In this document: piece by piece, positions 46,195 to 57,661 of the stretch
Layout: every line of letters starts with the position of its first letter
How positions within the stretch are numbered: the first letter of the stretch is position 1
NCBI RefSeq assembly: GCF_006345805.1
Contig: NC_043023.1
Coordinates: 11,098,001 to 11,162,000 of the forward strand
Direction of reading: 5' to 3'
DNA: 64,000 nucleotides
Source of the DNA: Octopus sinensis
Taxonomy: Eukaryota
Made by a program: the position numbers and the translations under genes
The notes under the pieces: model-generated
The model's database searches: none
Told to the model about the DNA's origin: nothing
What the model saw: the letters and a program-made list of their open reading frames with translations, nothing else

Positions 46195-46370
46195 ACCAGG
46201 GGTATACGTGGGTCGATGGTGCACATGTCTGTGGAGTGCTCGGCCACTTGCATGTTAATTTCACAAGCAGGTTGTTCTGTTGTTTGGCTCAACTGGAACT
46301 CTTGTCGTCATAACCAACTGCCCCAGCATGGCCGCGGCCTTCGGGCTAAAACATTTTTAAGGATTTTAAG
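46195..46370 (+). mobile_element. SINE-3-type 3' part abutting the ZNF-D stop
   Basis: Matches 57140-57240, then the CCCCAGCATGGCC hairpin tail. Confidence 0.65.
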
Positions 46371-46378
46371 AGCGCCAG

Positions 46379-47902
46379 TTATTCTTCTGTATGGATAAAC
46401 ACATGTGTGGCCAATAGTCTTTTCCGAGAAAATGATTTACCACAGATGTCACAACGATAAGGCTTTTCACCTGTATGAATACGAACATGTTCAGTTAAAT
46501 TACCTTTCTGAGTGAACGACTTTCCACAGATATCACAGTGATGTGGCCTCTCACCTGTATGAATATATTTGTGTTTGGTTAAATGGTAATTGACAGGAAA
46601 TGATTTACCACAGACATCACAACGATATGGTTTCTCTTCCCTATGAATGTGTTTGTGTTTTGTCAGGTTTCGTTTCAGAGAGAACGCCTTACCACAGATA
46701 TCACAATGGTGTGGCTTCGTCCCTGAATGAATCTGTCTGTGTTCTGTTAGCTTACATTTTTGAGAGAACGATTTACCACATATATCACAGTGATATGGTT
46801 TCTCACCTGTATGAATGTGTTTATGCTCGGTTAAATTACCTTTCTGAGAGAATGATTTACTACAGATATCACACTGATACGGTTTCTCCCCGGTATGGAC
46901 ACGCTTGTGTTCGGTCAAGTTACCTTTCAGAGAGAATGATTTACCACAGATATCACAGTGATATGGTTTCTCACCTGTATGAATTCGTATGTGTTCAGTT
47001 AAGTTGCTACTTCCAGAGAACGATTTGCCACAAACATCGCAGGCATATGTTTTATCTCCTGCATGAAGGTGTTTATGTTTGGTTAAGGTACTGCTTGTAG
47101 AAAACGGCTTACCACAGATATCACAGTGATATGGCTTCTCGCCTGTATGCATATGCTTGTGTTCGCTCAAGTGATGGCTTCGAGAGAATGATTTCCCACA
47201 GATATCACAGTGATATGGCTTCTCTCCTGTATGATTGCGTTGATGTACGGTTAAATCATGCTTTCGAGCAAAAGATTTACTACAGGTGTCACAGGGATAT
47301 GGCTTCTCGCTTGTATGAGTGTGCTTGTGTTCAGCTAAGGTGCTTTTCACAGAGAATGATTTACCACAGATATCACAGACATATGGCTTCTCTCCCGTAT
47401 GAACACGTATGTGGGTTGTTAGGTTTGTGCTTCGACAAAACGACTTACCACAGATGTCGCAGTGATACGGCTTCTCCCCTGTGTGAATACGTTTATGTTC
47501 AGTTACTTGATGATTTCGAGAGAATGATTTACCACAGATGTCACAGTGATAAGGCTTCTCTCCCGTATGAACACGTTTGTGTTTAATTAAATGATCATTT
47601 AGAGAGAACGTTTTATCACATACATCACACTGATATGGCTTCTCTCCTGTATAAATATGTTTGTACTCAGTCTCTGCACTTTCTTCAAAGAAGGATTTCC
47701 CAGAGATATCACAGTCATACGATATCTCTCCTGTATGAATAAGTTGGTGTGTAGTAAGTTCACATTTTTGAGAGAAGGTACTTTTACAGATATCACACTG
47801 GTATAATACTATTTCTGTGTCTTTTGGCATCTCATTAGAAAAATCAATCCATTCAGTCTGTGTCTCACATTTAACTGTACTCTCACACAATTCATTTTCC
47901 AT
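46379..47902 (-). CDS. C2H2 zinc-finger protein ZNF-D (16 complete fingers + 1 degenerate)
   Basis: ORF track starts at TTG 47917; first ATG 47902 (MENELCE...). Tandem fingers with TGEKP linkers. Confidence 0.93.
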   Translation of the reverse strand: MENELCESTVKCETQTEWIDFSNEMPKDTEIVLYQCDICKSTFSQKCELTTHQLIHTGEISYDCDISGKSFFEESAETEYKHIYTGEKPYQCDVCDKTFSLNDHLIKHKRVHTGEKPYHCDICGKSFSRNHQVTEHKRIHTGEKPYHCDICGKSFCRSTNLTTHIRVHTGEKPYVCDICGKSFSVKSTLAEHKHTHTSEKPYPCDTCSKSFARKHDLTVHQRNHTGEKPYHCDICGKSFSRSHHLSEHKHMHTGEKPYHCDICGKPFSTSSTLTKHKHLHAGDKTYACDVCGKSFSGSSNLTEHIRIHTGEKPYHCDICGKSFSLKGNLTEHKRVHTGEKPYQCDICSKSFSQKGNLTEHKHIHTGEKPYHCDICGKSFSQKCKLTEHRQIHSGTKPHHCDICGKAFSLKRNLTKHKHIHREEKPYRCDVCGKSFPVNYHLTKHKYIHTGERPHHCDICGKSFTQKGNLTEHVRIHTGEKPYRCDICGKSFSRKRLLATHVFIHTEE

Positions 47903-48039
47903 AATTTTTCTCCACAATATACAAGTGTTTTTCTTCTAAATGGTTATATATTTTTATATACACATATATTTAATACCTGACACACATATTTCATCAGTTA
48001 TTTTTCTATCAACAGTGATGTCAATCAAGAACTGTAGAT

Positions 48040-48258
48040 CAGTGGTTTTCAACCAGGGTTCCACGGAGCCTTAGGGTTCTGCCAGTACAGTCCAGGGGTT
48101 CTGCAAGAAGTTACAAAACTGCTAAAATCGGCAGTAATTTTAAATTCTCCTGTGCAGATATGTGTGCATAAGACTATTAAATTATTGCACACGGGTTCCT
48201 CGAGCCAGTGGAATGTTTCCTTGGGGTTCCGCTCCAGCAAAAAGTTTGAAAAGCACTG
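48040..48258. mobile_element. hAT (Buster/Charlie-type) MITE
   Basis: CAGTGGTTTTCAACC / GTTTGAAAAGCACTG termini; perfect 8-bp TSD CTGTAGAT with central TA. Confidence 0.85.
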
Positions 48259-48453
48259 CTGTAGATGCTGCAAATTACTTTGTGATCTGAGTTAAATTTC
48301 GATCCAAGACCACCATGTACACATTCCAGTTTATGAAATATACGTTTATTTCCACATTAATTCCAGTTCAGAAAAAAACCTATCCCAGTAATTTTACCAC
48401 AGATTTGATAAAACTCAGTAGGCTATGTGTTCTGTATAATATGCTCCTTTAAC

Positions 48454-48600
48454 CTTTAAAAGTTGATACGTATTGGTGATATATCCAAAGTAAAAAGCAA
48501 TTCTTTAGTGATAATGTCATCTGATACCCTGAAATAATAGAAAAACAGTATAAGTAATAGAGGATACTTAAACAATCGAAATTCAACAACAGAAATTTTA
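48454..48600 (-). other. Conserved upstream acceptor/exon of ZNF-D (exon 48528-48454)
   Basis: Minus strand ATTTCAG|GGTATCAGATG ... AAAG|GTTAAA. Confidence 0.6.
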
Positions 48601-48616
48601 CTATATTTCTATATCA

Positions 48617-48997
48617 TAGGTGCAGGAGTGGCTGTGTGGTAAGTAGCTTGTTTACCAACCACATGGTTCCGGGTTCAGTCCCACTGCATGGCACCTTGAG
48701 CAAGTGTCTTCTACTATAGCCTCGGGCCGACCAAAGCCTTGTGAGTGGATTTGGTAGACGGAAACTGAAAGAAGCCCGTCGTATATATGTATGTGTGTGT
48801 GTGTCTGTGTTTGTCCCCCTAACATCGCTTGACAACTGATGCTGGTGTGTTTACATCCCTGTAACTTAGAGGTTCGGCAAAAGAGACCGATAGAATAAGT
48901 ACTAGGCTTACGAAGAATATGTCCTGGGGTCGATTTGCTCGACTAAAGACGGTGCTACAGCATGGCCGCAGTCAAATGACTGAAACAAGTAAAAGAG
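48617..48997 (+). mobile_element. SINE-1 full copy (antisense, in the putative ZNF-D intron)
   Basis: Family consensus. Confidence 0.85.
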
Positions 48998-49392
48998 TAT
49001 ATATAAAGCTGAAGCTGTCTGTGTGTGGCAGGTTTGGTAACCTTCAACTAACACTATCTCCTCCCAGACCCTGCGGCGCAAGTTGACCAAAATTGAGAGT
49101 ATGATAGAAGAAGGCTTGCTCTTCATTCCGTAGAAGATAAAATTCAAATCGGACCATGTTAACACCAAAAATTATTTACATCAAAATGGTGCTTTTTTTT
49201 TCTATGAAAATCCCTATTTTTTAACGATTTTTTGACTACTGTGTCGTCATTTTTCGGTGTATTTCAACCAGAAAAACGTTCACTTAAAGAGAATAACAAG
49301 CTACATAATGCAAAATTTTTACTTTTCAAAAATTCCAATTCTAAAGGGTCGAAAAGAAAACAAACCCGAGCAACCCTGGGCTATACTGCTAG
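48998..49392 (+). mobile_element. Non-autonomous Helitron (family 2)
   Basis: Highly similar to 30887-31279; CTAG|T end. Confidence 0.8.
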
Positions 49393-49707
49393 TATATTTA
49401 AAAAGCGGCGTTAAACCACGATCCATTAGAATATAAACATCTTTAGAAATAATGGTTTTAAGCACACTAGATTATTTCCGACCTAATTACACAGAAATGT
49501 CTGAAAGACGTCAGTGGCTTCGTTGTAATAAATACAACTGTATCAACAGTCGACAGTGAAGAAATAGCAGTCAAATCTCCTCGATCTGTATCAAGGATAT
49601 CCAAGCAAATCAAATACTGGATATACTTTCTATGAGAATATAATGAAATACTTGGAAGTGTTTTACTTTTCTATTATTACACATTCATTATTAGAGATAT
49701 TTTGGGG

Positions 49708-49936
49708 TGCTACTCGAGAACAGTGGTCTCGGTGCGCGCACTCGCGTAGTCGCGCCAGCTAGTCGTGACTAGTCGATCCTACGACTACCTAGCAAAGTAA
49801 ATAAAACACAAAATAAATAATTTTTTTTACACAAAGTAAATAATTTTTGTTAAACAAAGTAAGGATCGACTAGTCATGACTAGCTAGCGCGGGTAAGCGA
49901 GTGCGCGCACTGGGACCACTATTCTCAAGTAGTACC
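49708..49936. mobile_element. TACTACTAG-TIR MITE family
   Basis: Both TIRs present (about 70 bp) around an AT-rich core. Confidence 0.7.
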
Positions 49937-50161
49937 GATATTTTAAAGAATGATCTAGAATAAACTTGTAAATATGTAGTTGATTTGTCTGATTACCTGT
50001 TTAATTATCGATTTCAAATAATCTGCAGGACAATAGATTATCGATCTCTGCTTAGCAACATAAAAACTTTCACCATTATCTGTTGTCGATTTCGTTTTTT
50101 TAATTTTAATTACCCGAGTTCACCGAATTTTGCTAACAATAAAATATGTATTATATCTTAC

Positions 50162-50350
50162 CTGTTGCGATATATAAATCAGTGTTTAATGTGAAATAGA
50201 TTTAATTAAACCACAGAACGGTTTCACAGGAAATTAAAAACCTTGAAGAATGAGATTACAAAAACAGACACGGATAAACGAACCGCAATGGAAATCCGGA
50301 AGCTATCATCTCGTATACGCAAGTGCGCACACACGCACATAATTGGTCAG
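50162..50350 (-). promoter_or_regulatory. Candidate first exon/promoter of ZNF-D
   Basis: Consensus donor CAG|GTAAGA on the minus strand at 50162/50161; unique CpG-containing sequence with CCGGAAG (ETS-like) and GCGCA motifs just upstream. Confidence 0.35.
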
Positions 50351-50423
50351 TTGTTTATTCTAGATCATTCTTCAAAATATCATCTCTAATAATGAACGAG
50401 TAATAATAGAAAAGTAAAACAAT

Positions 50424-50845
50424 GGCAATCTTTCGTCTCTAGTAGACCTTTCCGTCGATTTCCGTAAAAAAATTTATTTTTTTTACATATGGGGTTGCGG
50501 GAACTTTTGAAGTAATGAGAGCGAAAGAGACTAAGAGAAAGCGATTGTATGACGAGGGAAGTTCTTTTGAAGTTACCGTGCATGGGAAGCATTGATGTAC
50601 ATGTGTGTGTGTGTTTGATGGCGTGTGGGAGACAGACAGTATGTTGTGTAAGTGAACTGCTTCTGTTAGTGTGTGTGAAGAGACAGAGTAATGTGTGAAA
50701 GAGAGAGATAACTGAAATTTTTTACTCGGTGTATGTGTATATGTATGTATGTATATTACTTCAAAAGTTCCCGCAAGCCCATATGTAAAAAAAAAAAAAA
50801 ATTACGGAAATCGACGGAAAGGTCTACTAGAGACGAAAGATCGCC
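50424..50845. mobile_element. MITE, same family as 18654-19065
   Basis: TSD AAAACAAT/AAAACACT; about 90-bp TIRs. Confidence 0.8.
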
Positions 50846-50854
50846 AAAACACTT

Positions 50855-50926
50855 ATATATAATATAATGAAATCATTGTATACAGTGATCAGGTGCACAA
50901 CTTGTCAGAAAGTGCGTATAAAGTAT
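50855..50926 (-). mobile_element. CR1-type LINE 3' tail fragment
   Basis: Reverse complement matches the 23660-23730 tail (GACAAGTTG..TGCACCTGA.CACTGTATACAAT). Confidence 0.7.
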
Positions 50927-51145
50927 ATTTGCTTGGATATCCTTGATACAGGTCCGAGGTGATTTGACTGCTATTTCTTCACCGTCGACTGTTGATACAG
51001 TTGTATTTATTACAACGAAGCCACTGACGCCTTTCAGACATTTCTGTGTAATTAGGTCGGAAATAATCTAGTGCGCTTAAAACCATTATTTCTAAAGATG
51101 TTTATATTCTAATGGATCGTGGTTTAACGCCGCTTTTTAAATATA

Positions 51146-51423
51146 CTAGCAGTATAGCCCAGGGTTGCTCGGGTTTGTTTTGACTCTTTAGAATTGGAAT
51201 TTTTGAAAAGTAAAAATTTTGCATTATATAGCTTGTTATTCTCTTTAAGTGAACATTTTTCTGGTTGAAATACACCGAAAAATGGTGACACAGCAGTCAA
51301 AAAATCGTAAAAAAATAAGGATTTTCATTGAAAAAAAGCACCTTTTTGATGTAAATAAGTTTTGGTGTTAACATGGTCTGATTTGAATTTTATCTTCTAC
51401 AGAATGAAGAGCAAGCATTCTTC
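51146..51423 (-). mobile_element. Helitron family 2, 3' part (inside an inverted duplication)
   Basis: Reverse complement of 49107-49392. Confidence 0.75.
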
Positions 51424-51533
51424 AGTTGTTCATAATTAATTATGTGTGTATCTTTTTATTTAAAATATATATTTATGTGAATGTGTGTGTGAGTGTATGC
51501 ATTTATACATATAAAAATGCGTATATATATATT

Positions 51534-51588
<55 letters not shown>

Positions 51589-51913
51589 AGAGCGGTTAAA
51601 ACTATTTTAACTGCTCTTTCTAGTGAGTCAGATATCCTATTATCGGTTACCTCTTATGTGTTTGAATGTACAGTGTATTCTTCTCTGAATGATGTATAGT
51701 CTATTGACTAATTTTTTCCTTCTCGCTAGACCACTGGTTGCTAAGAAATTTTCTATAAATATTTTTGCTACCCTAAGATTTTTTAATATATATAAATTAG
51801 AGAAAAAAAAACCCACTTATGCAATTCAAATAATGACAGACTTAAACCAAATCATAAATAAAAAATAAAATATATTTTTATAAAACATATAACTCCCTAA
51901 TATTATTATTATA

Positions 51914-53598
51914 CAGTGGGGGGAAATAAATATTCGTACATGTCAAAATTCTTTATTTAATTTCTAATGAACATAAATGGGATATACCAATACTATATTT
52001 GCATACACATGCATAAACTAAGAATATGCAAAAGAAACTTATAAATTATAGTAACTAAGGAATTTATATTCAATTATAAATATTTAGGAGTGAAAAAAGT
52101 ATTCGTACAAAACATAAATAACTGATAATTTTGATTTATTTCTTCGTAGCATAACCATTATTCAGTTCCACTTCAACCAATCTCTTGTAGTTCTTAATCA
52201 ATGACTCGCATGTTTCTTTAGGAATTTTTTCCCATTCTTCTTGACAAATTTTCTTCAAATCTCCAATGCACTTTGGGGCTCTTGAATGAATTTTAATTTT
52301 CAAATAACTCCACAAATTTTCAATGGGGTTCAAGTCGGGTGACTGGCTTGGCCATTCTAATAATTTTATATTGTGATCGACAATCCATTTTTTAGTAGAC
52401 TTCGCCGTGTGATGAGGGTCGTTACCCTGTTGTAAAACCCACCCTTCACAAAGCTGGAGCTTTTCTACAGACTCCCGTAAATTATTGTTCAAAATATTTT
52501 GGTACATCTCTGCATTCATTCTACCATCTATCACATGTAAATTGCCAGTACCATTTGCAGAGAAGCATCCCCATACCATGATGTTGCCACCTCCAAACTT
52601 TACGGTAGGAATCGCGTTTTTCCTCCCACCATGGCTATGCGAATTTCGTCCAAACAATTCAATTTTCGACTCGTCTGTCCATAGAACATTTTCCCAGAAT
52701 GTATCAGATTTATCTTTATGTTCATAAAAAAATTTTAAACGGGCATCTCTATGCCTTTTAGACAACAGCGGAGTTTTTCTAGGGGAGAGTGACTCCACTT
52801 CATTCCTATGAAGTTCATTGCTGATAGTTCGTAGTGTAACACTCGTCCCTGAAGCCAACAAATCTTCTTGCAACTCCTTTCTGGTGATCATTGCGTTTTT
52901 TCCGATTCTTCGTTTCATTTTTCTTACAGATCTAGGAGAAATCTTGCGTGGTGCACCGGACCTTAGTCTGTTTTCAACAGTTCCCGATTCTTTATATCTT
53001 TGAATAAATGAACATATGGTAGTAAATGGAACACAAAGGGTCTTTGATATATTCCTGTAACTTTTACCTGCTTTCCACTGTTCAATAATTAAGTTTTTCA
53101 CTGAATTTGTGAGTTCTTTACTTTTCGCCATTCTTACGATTCTACTTTACGTTGTCTCAGTGCTGAATGAAGAATCTGGTGTTTTGGCACTTAAAAATGA
53201 CAACTGATTTTAACAGTATTTTGGGGCATAGAAAATCATAAATTTATTCTGTACGAATATTTTTTCACCCCTAAATATTTATAATTGAATATAAATTCCT
53301 AAGTAATTATAATTTATTAGTTTCTTTTGCGTATTCTTAATTTATGCATACGTATGCAAATATAGTATTGGTATATGCCATTTATGTTCATTAGAAATTA
53401 AATAAAGAATTTTGACATGTACGAATATTTTTTCACCCCTAAATATTTATAATTGAATATAAGTTCATTAGTTACTATAATTTATTAGTTTCTTTTGCAT
53501 ATTCTTAATTTATGCTTACGTATGCAAATATAGTATTGGTATATCTCATTTACGTTCATTAGAATTTTGACATGTACGAATATTTATTTCCCCCCAAT
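51914..53598 (-). mobile_element. Tc1-family DNA transposon with about 195-bp IR/DR termini
   Basis: TA|CAGTGGGGGGAAATAAATATTCGTACA left end; long inverted repeats with internal TGTACGAATA direct repeats; right IR tandemly duplicated. Confidence 0.92.
52136..53131 (-). CDS. Tc1 transposase (DD34E), second catalytic Asp mutated to Gly
   Basis: 331-aa ORF with HTH region, WTDESK, QQGNDPHH and SPDLNPIE; 34 residues between the G and the E. Confidence 0.88.
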   Translation of the reverse strand: MAKSKELTNSVKNLIIEQWKAGKSYRNISKTLCVPFTTICSFIQRYKESGTVENRLRSGAPRKISPRSVRKMKRRIGKNAMITRKELQEDLLASGTSVTLRTISNELHRNEVESLSPRKTPLLSKRHRDARLKFFYEHKDKSDTFWENVLWTDESKIELFGRNSHSHGGRKNAIPTVKFGGGNIMVWGCFSANGTGNLHVIDGRMNAEMYQNILNNNLRESVEKLQLCEGWVLQQGNDPHHTAKSTKKWIVDHNIKLLEWPSQSPDLNPIENLWSYLKIKIHSRAPKCIGDLKKICQEEWEKIPKETCESLIKNYKRLVEVELNNGYATKK

Positions 53599-53837
53599 TA
53601 CGGATAAAACTACTTTAATGATTTTATCAAGTGGCCAGTGGGAAACAAAAACCTTGTAGGGTAACATTTTATACTAATTTATAAATTAATATATATGTGT
53701 GTGTGTGGGTGCTAAATACGATCGATTCGCTGCGGAATGAGCTACTGGACAGGGCAATGTTTTAACCTAAATCTTCTCAGAAATAACCTGTCTAACGTAA
53801 TACCCACACGTCTGTTGTCTTCGAATCTAAAAACTTC

Positions 53838-54513
53838 TGTACTACTAGCGAACAGTGGTCCCGGTGCACGCGTTCGGATACTCGCGCATCCGCGCTAGCT
53901 AGCCGTGACTAGTCGATCCTTACTGTGTGTTTTTGTGTTATTTACTTTGTTTAAAAAATTATTTACTTTGTGCTTTTGTGTTTTACTCTTTTCTCTTTTA
54001 CTTGTTTCAGTCATTTGACTGCGGCCATGCTGGAGCACCGCCTTTAGTCGAGCAAATCGACCCCGGGACTTATTCTTTGTAAGCCCAGTACTTATTCTAT
54101 CGGTCTTTTTTGCCGAACCGCTAAGTGACGGGGACGTAAACACACCAGCATCGGTTATCAAGCAATGCTAGGGGGACAAACACACACATACATATACACA
54201 CATATATACGACAGGTTTCTTTTCAGTTTCCGTCTACCAAATCCACTCACAAGGCATTGGTCGGCCCGGGGCTATAGCAGAAGACACTTGCCCAAGATGC
54301 CACGTAGTGGGACTGAACCCGGAACCATGTGGTTGGTTAGCAAGCTACTTACCACACAGCCACATTTACTTTCTTTAATAAAAATTATTTACTTTGTGTA
54401 AAAATTTTTATTTATTTTGTGTTTTATTTACTTTGTTAGGTAGTCGTTGTAGGATCGACTACTTACGACTAGCTAGCGCGGACGTGCACGCCGGATCCAG
54501 TCTTCGCTAGTAG
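53838..54513. mobile_element. TACTACTAG-TIR MITE family with SINE-1 insertion
   Basis: TIRs at 53838-53920 and 54445-54513. Confidence 0.7.
53985..54363 (-). mobile_element. SINE-1 full copy inside a MITE
   Basis: Family consensus, reverse complement. Confidence 0.85.
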
Positions 54514-54710
54514 TATCCAGCTAAGCAAATGGCCTTTCCTGAATGCATTAAACTAGCCACAATTAAATAAATTCAGTTCGTTTCGAACCACGCTTGTTGA
54601 ACTGAATGTGTGTATGTGAGCGTATGCATGTGTACATATAAAGATATTGCACTAAAAATAATGTTCGGTCGCATGTGCAAGCGCACATACTCTATGCAGC
54701 ACAGATACGT

Positions 54711-55021
54711 GGGTACTACTAGCGAACAGTGCTCCCGGTGCGCGCACTTGCGCGTCCTCGCTGACTAGTTGTAAGTAGTCGATCCTGCAATTTTTTAAAA
54801 CTAAGTAAATAAATTATTTTTATAAACAAACTAGGGTTAGGGTTAAAAAGTCGTTGTAGGATCGACTACTTACGACTAGCTTGCGCGCACCGGGACCACT
54901 GTTCGCTAGTAGTACTAGGGTTAGGTTTAGGGTTAAAAAGTCGTTGTAGGATCGACTACTTACGACTAGCTAGCGCAGATGCGCGAGTGCGCACACTGAG
55001 ACCACTGTTCGCTAGTAGTAC
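54711..55021. mobile_element. TACTACTAG-TIR MITE family with duplicated right end and TTAGGG-like repeats
   Basis: Right TIR present twice (about 54850-54915 and about 54935-55021), each preceded by AGGGTTAGGG. Confidence 0.7.
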
Positions 55022-55254
55022 CGATACGTGTAGTACAATTTATTTTTAAAAAACTATTTGACAAAATATAAGATTAACAAAGAAATTTGATGACGTACCA
55101 GTCTCTGTATATTTTATAATTGAAATCAAGGTACTTTTTGGTTATCTCCCCATAAAAAACTATCGATACTGTTTAATCCTCAATAAAAATTTTAAAAAAA
55201 GAAGAAAATTCAATAAACCTGAAAACTGAAAAAATTATTCATCTTATTGAATCT

Positions 55255-56061
55255 CTCTTTACTCTTTTAATTGTTTCAGTTATTTGACTGCGGCCATGCT
55301 GGAGCACCGCCCTTTAGTCGAGCAAATCGACCCCAGGACTTATTCTTTGTAAGCCTAGTGCTTATTCTATCGGTCGCTCTTTCGCCGAACCGATAAGTTA
55401 CGGGAACGTAAACACACCAGCATCGATTGTGAAGCGATGTTGGGGGGACAAACACAGACACACAAACATACACATATATATACATACTCTTTTACTTGTT
55501 TCAGTCAATTTGACTGCAGCCATGCTGGAGCACCGCCTTTAGTCGAGCAAATCGACCCCAGGATTTATTCTTTGTAAGCCTAGTACTTATTCTATCATTC
55601 TCTTTTGCCAAACTGCTAAGTTACGAGGACGTAAACACACCAGTATCGGTTGTCAAGCGATGTTGGGGGTGACAAACACAGACATACAAACATATACGCA
55701 CACATACATATATACGATAGGCTTCTTTCAGTTTCCGTCTACCAAATCCACTCACAAGGCTTTGGTCGGCCCGAGGCTATAGTAGAAGACACTTGCCTGA
55801 GGTGTCATGCAGTGGGACTGAACCCGGAGCCATGTGGTTGGTAAGCAAGCTACTTACCACACAGCCACTCCTATGCCTATATATATATATATATACACAT
55901 ATACAACGGGCTTCTTTCAGTTTCCGTCTACCAAATCCACTCACAAGGCTTTGGTCGGCCCGAGGCTATAGCAGAAGACACTTGCCTGAGGTGTCATGCA
56001 GTGGGACTGAACCCGGAACCATGTGGTTGGTAAGCAAGCTACTTACCACACAGCCACACCT
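55255..56061 (-). mobile_element. SINE-1 cluster (two 3' halves, two heads)
   Basis: 55255-55480, 55487-55880 and 55900-56061. Confidence 0.8.
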
Positions 56062-56207
56062 ATTTGCAAAATTTCCTTTAAAAATATAAGAAGAAAAAAG
56101 TGTTGGGACATGGAGGAAACGACTTGGATGAAAGGAAAGGAAGAAAGCTAAATCAAAGTTTTGTTGAACAAAAGAACCATATTTGTATAAAGGAGTTGCT
56201 GATTTGT

Positions 56208-56782
56208 GGCGAGCCGGCAGAAACGTTAGCACGCCGGGCGAAATGCTTAGCGGTATTTCGTCTGCGTTACGTTGTGAGTTCAAATTCCGCCGAGGTCGAC
56301 TTTGCCTTTCATCCTTTCGGGGTCGATAAATTAAGTACCAGTTACGCACTGGGGTCGATGTAATCGACTTAATACCTATGTCTGTCCTTGTTTGTCCCCT
56401 CTGTGTTTAGCCCCTTGTGGGTAATAAAGAAATAGGTAGTTTGTCTGCCGCTATGTTCTGAGTTCAAATTCCACTGAGGTCGACTTTGCCTTTCATCCTT
56501 TCGGGGTCGATAAATTAAGTACCAGTTACGCACTGGGGTCGATGTAATCGACTTAATACCTATGTCTGTCCTTGTTTGTCCCCTCTGTGTTTAGCCTCTT
56601 GTGGGTAATAAAGAAATAGGTATTTTGTCTGCCGCTACGTTCTGAGTTCAAATTCCGCCGAGGTTGACTTTGCCTTTCATCCTTTCGGGGTCGATTAAAT
56701 AACTGCCAATTACGCACTGGGGTTGATGTAATTGACTTTATCGGTTTGTCTGTGTTTAGCCCCTTGTGGGTAGTTAAGAAAT
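56208..56782 (+). mobile_element. SINE-2 trimer
   Basis: Units restart at GGTA(T/G)TT at about 56252, 56436 and 56619. Confidence 0.85.
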
Positions 56783-56883
56783 AGGATGGATGTGAGATGT
56801 AGTTACTACTTATACTTGAACTGATGAGGTCGATGCCAGGAGCCATATATGACTGTAGATATTGGGAGCTCACTGTTATTTGT

Positions 56884-57626
56884 GGAGGCGCAATGGCCCA
56901 GTGGTTAGGGCAGCGGACTCGCGGTCATAGGATCGCGGTTTCGATTCCCAGACCGGGAATTATTGAGTGAAAACACCTAGTTCCATGAGGCTCCGGCAGG
57001 GGATGGTGGTGATCCCTGCTGTACTCTTTCACCACAACTTTCTCTCACTCTTACTTCCTGTTTCTGTTGTACCTGTATTTCAAAGGGCCGGCCTTGTCAC
57101 TCTCTGTGTCACGCTGAATATCCCTGAGAACTACGTTAAGGGTACACGTGTCTGTGGAGTGCTCAGCCACTTACACGTTAATTTCACGAGCAGGCTGTTC
57201 CATTGATTCGGATCAACCAGAACCCTCATTGTCATAACTGACGGAGTGCTTCCACCACTGTTATTTGTAGTGTCAGAAGTCAAAATTGTACAGAGAAGAA
57301 AATGACAAAATCTCTTGGGTTTGTAACTGATATGAGGAGGTTTTCTTTGTTCCTTCTTGAGCCATGCCTGACTCATAAGGACTGGTTTCTTGGCATATAG
57401 GTTCCCCACCTGGACGGGACGCCGGTCCGTCACAGGTGAGCTGCAAGATGCAGGAGGAAAGAGTGAGAGAAAGTTGTGACAAAAGAGTCAGCAGAAGTTC
57501 GCCATTATCTTCTGCCGGAGCCGCATGGAGCTTAGGTGTTTCGCTCATAAACACACACATCGCCCAGTCTGAGATTCGAACCCATGACCCCTCGACCGCG
57601 AGTCCACTACTCTAACCACGTGCCTC

Positions 57627-57661
<35 letters not shown>

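Larger units (their letters stand above)
49107..51423. repeat. About 500-bp inverted segmental duplication (49107-49610 / 50927-51423)
   Basis: Each arm = Helitron 3' part plus the same non-Helitron downstream flank. Confidence 0.88.

Noticed and set aside
54828-54935. TTAGGG-like runs suggesting a chromosome end (also 17150, 17755, 33122, 34325)
   Set aside because: They are short, imperfect and internal to MITEs.
56818-56860. CTGATGAGG motif
   Set aside because: No downstream stem II or GAAA.
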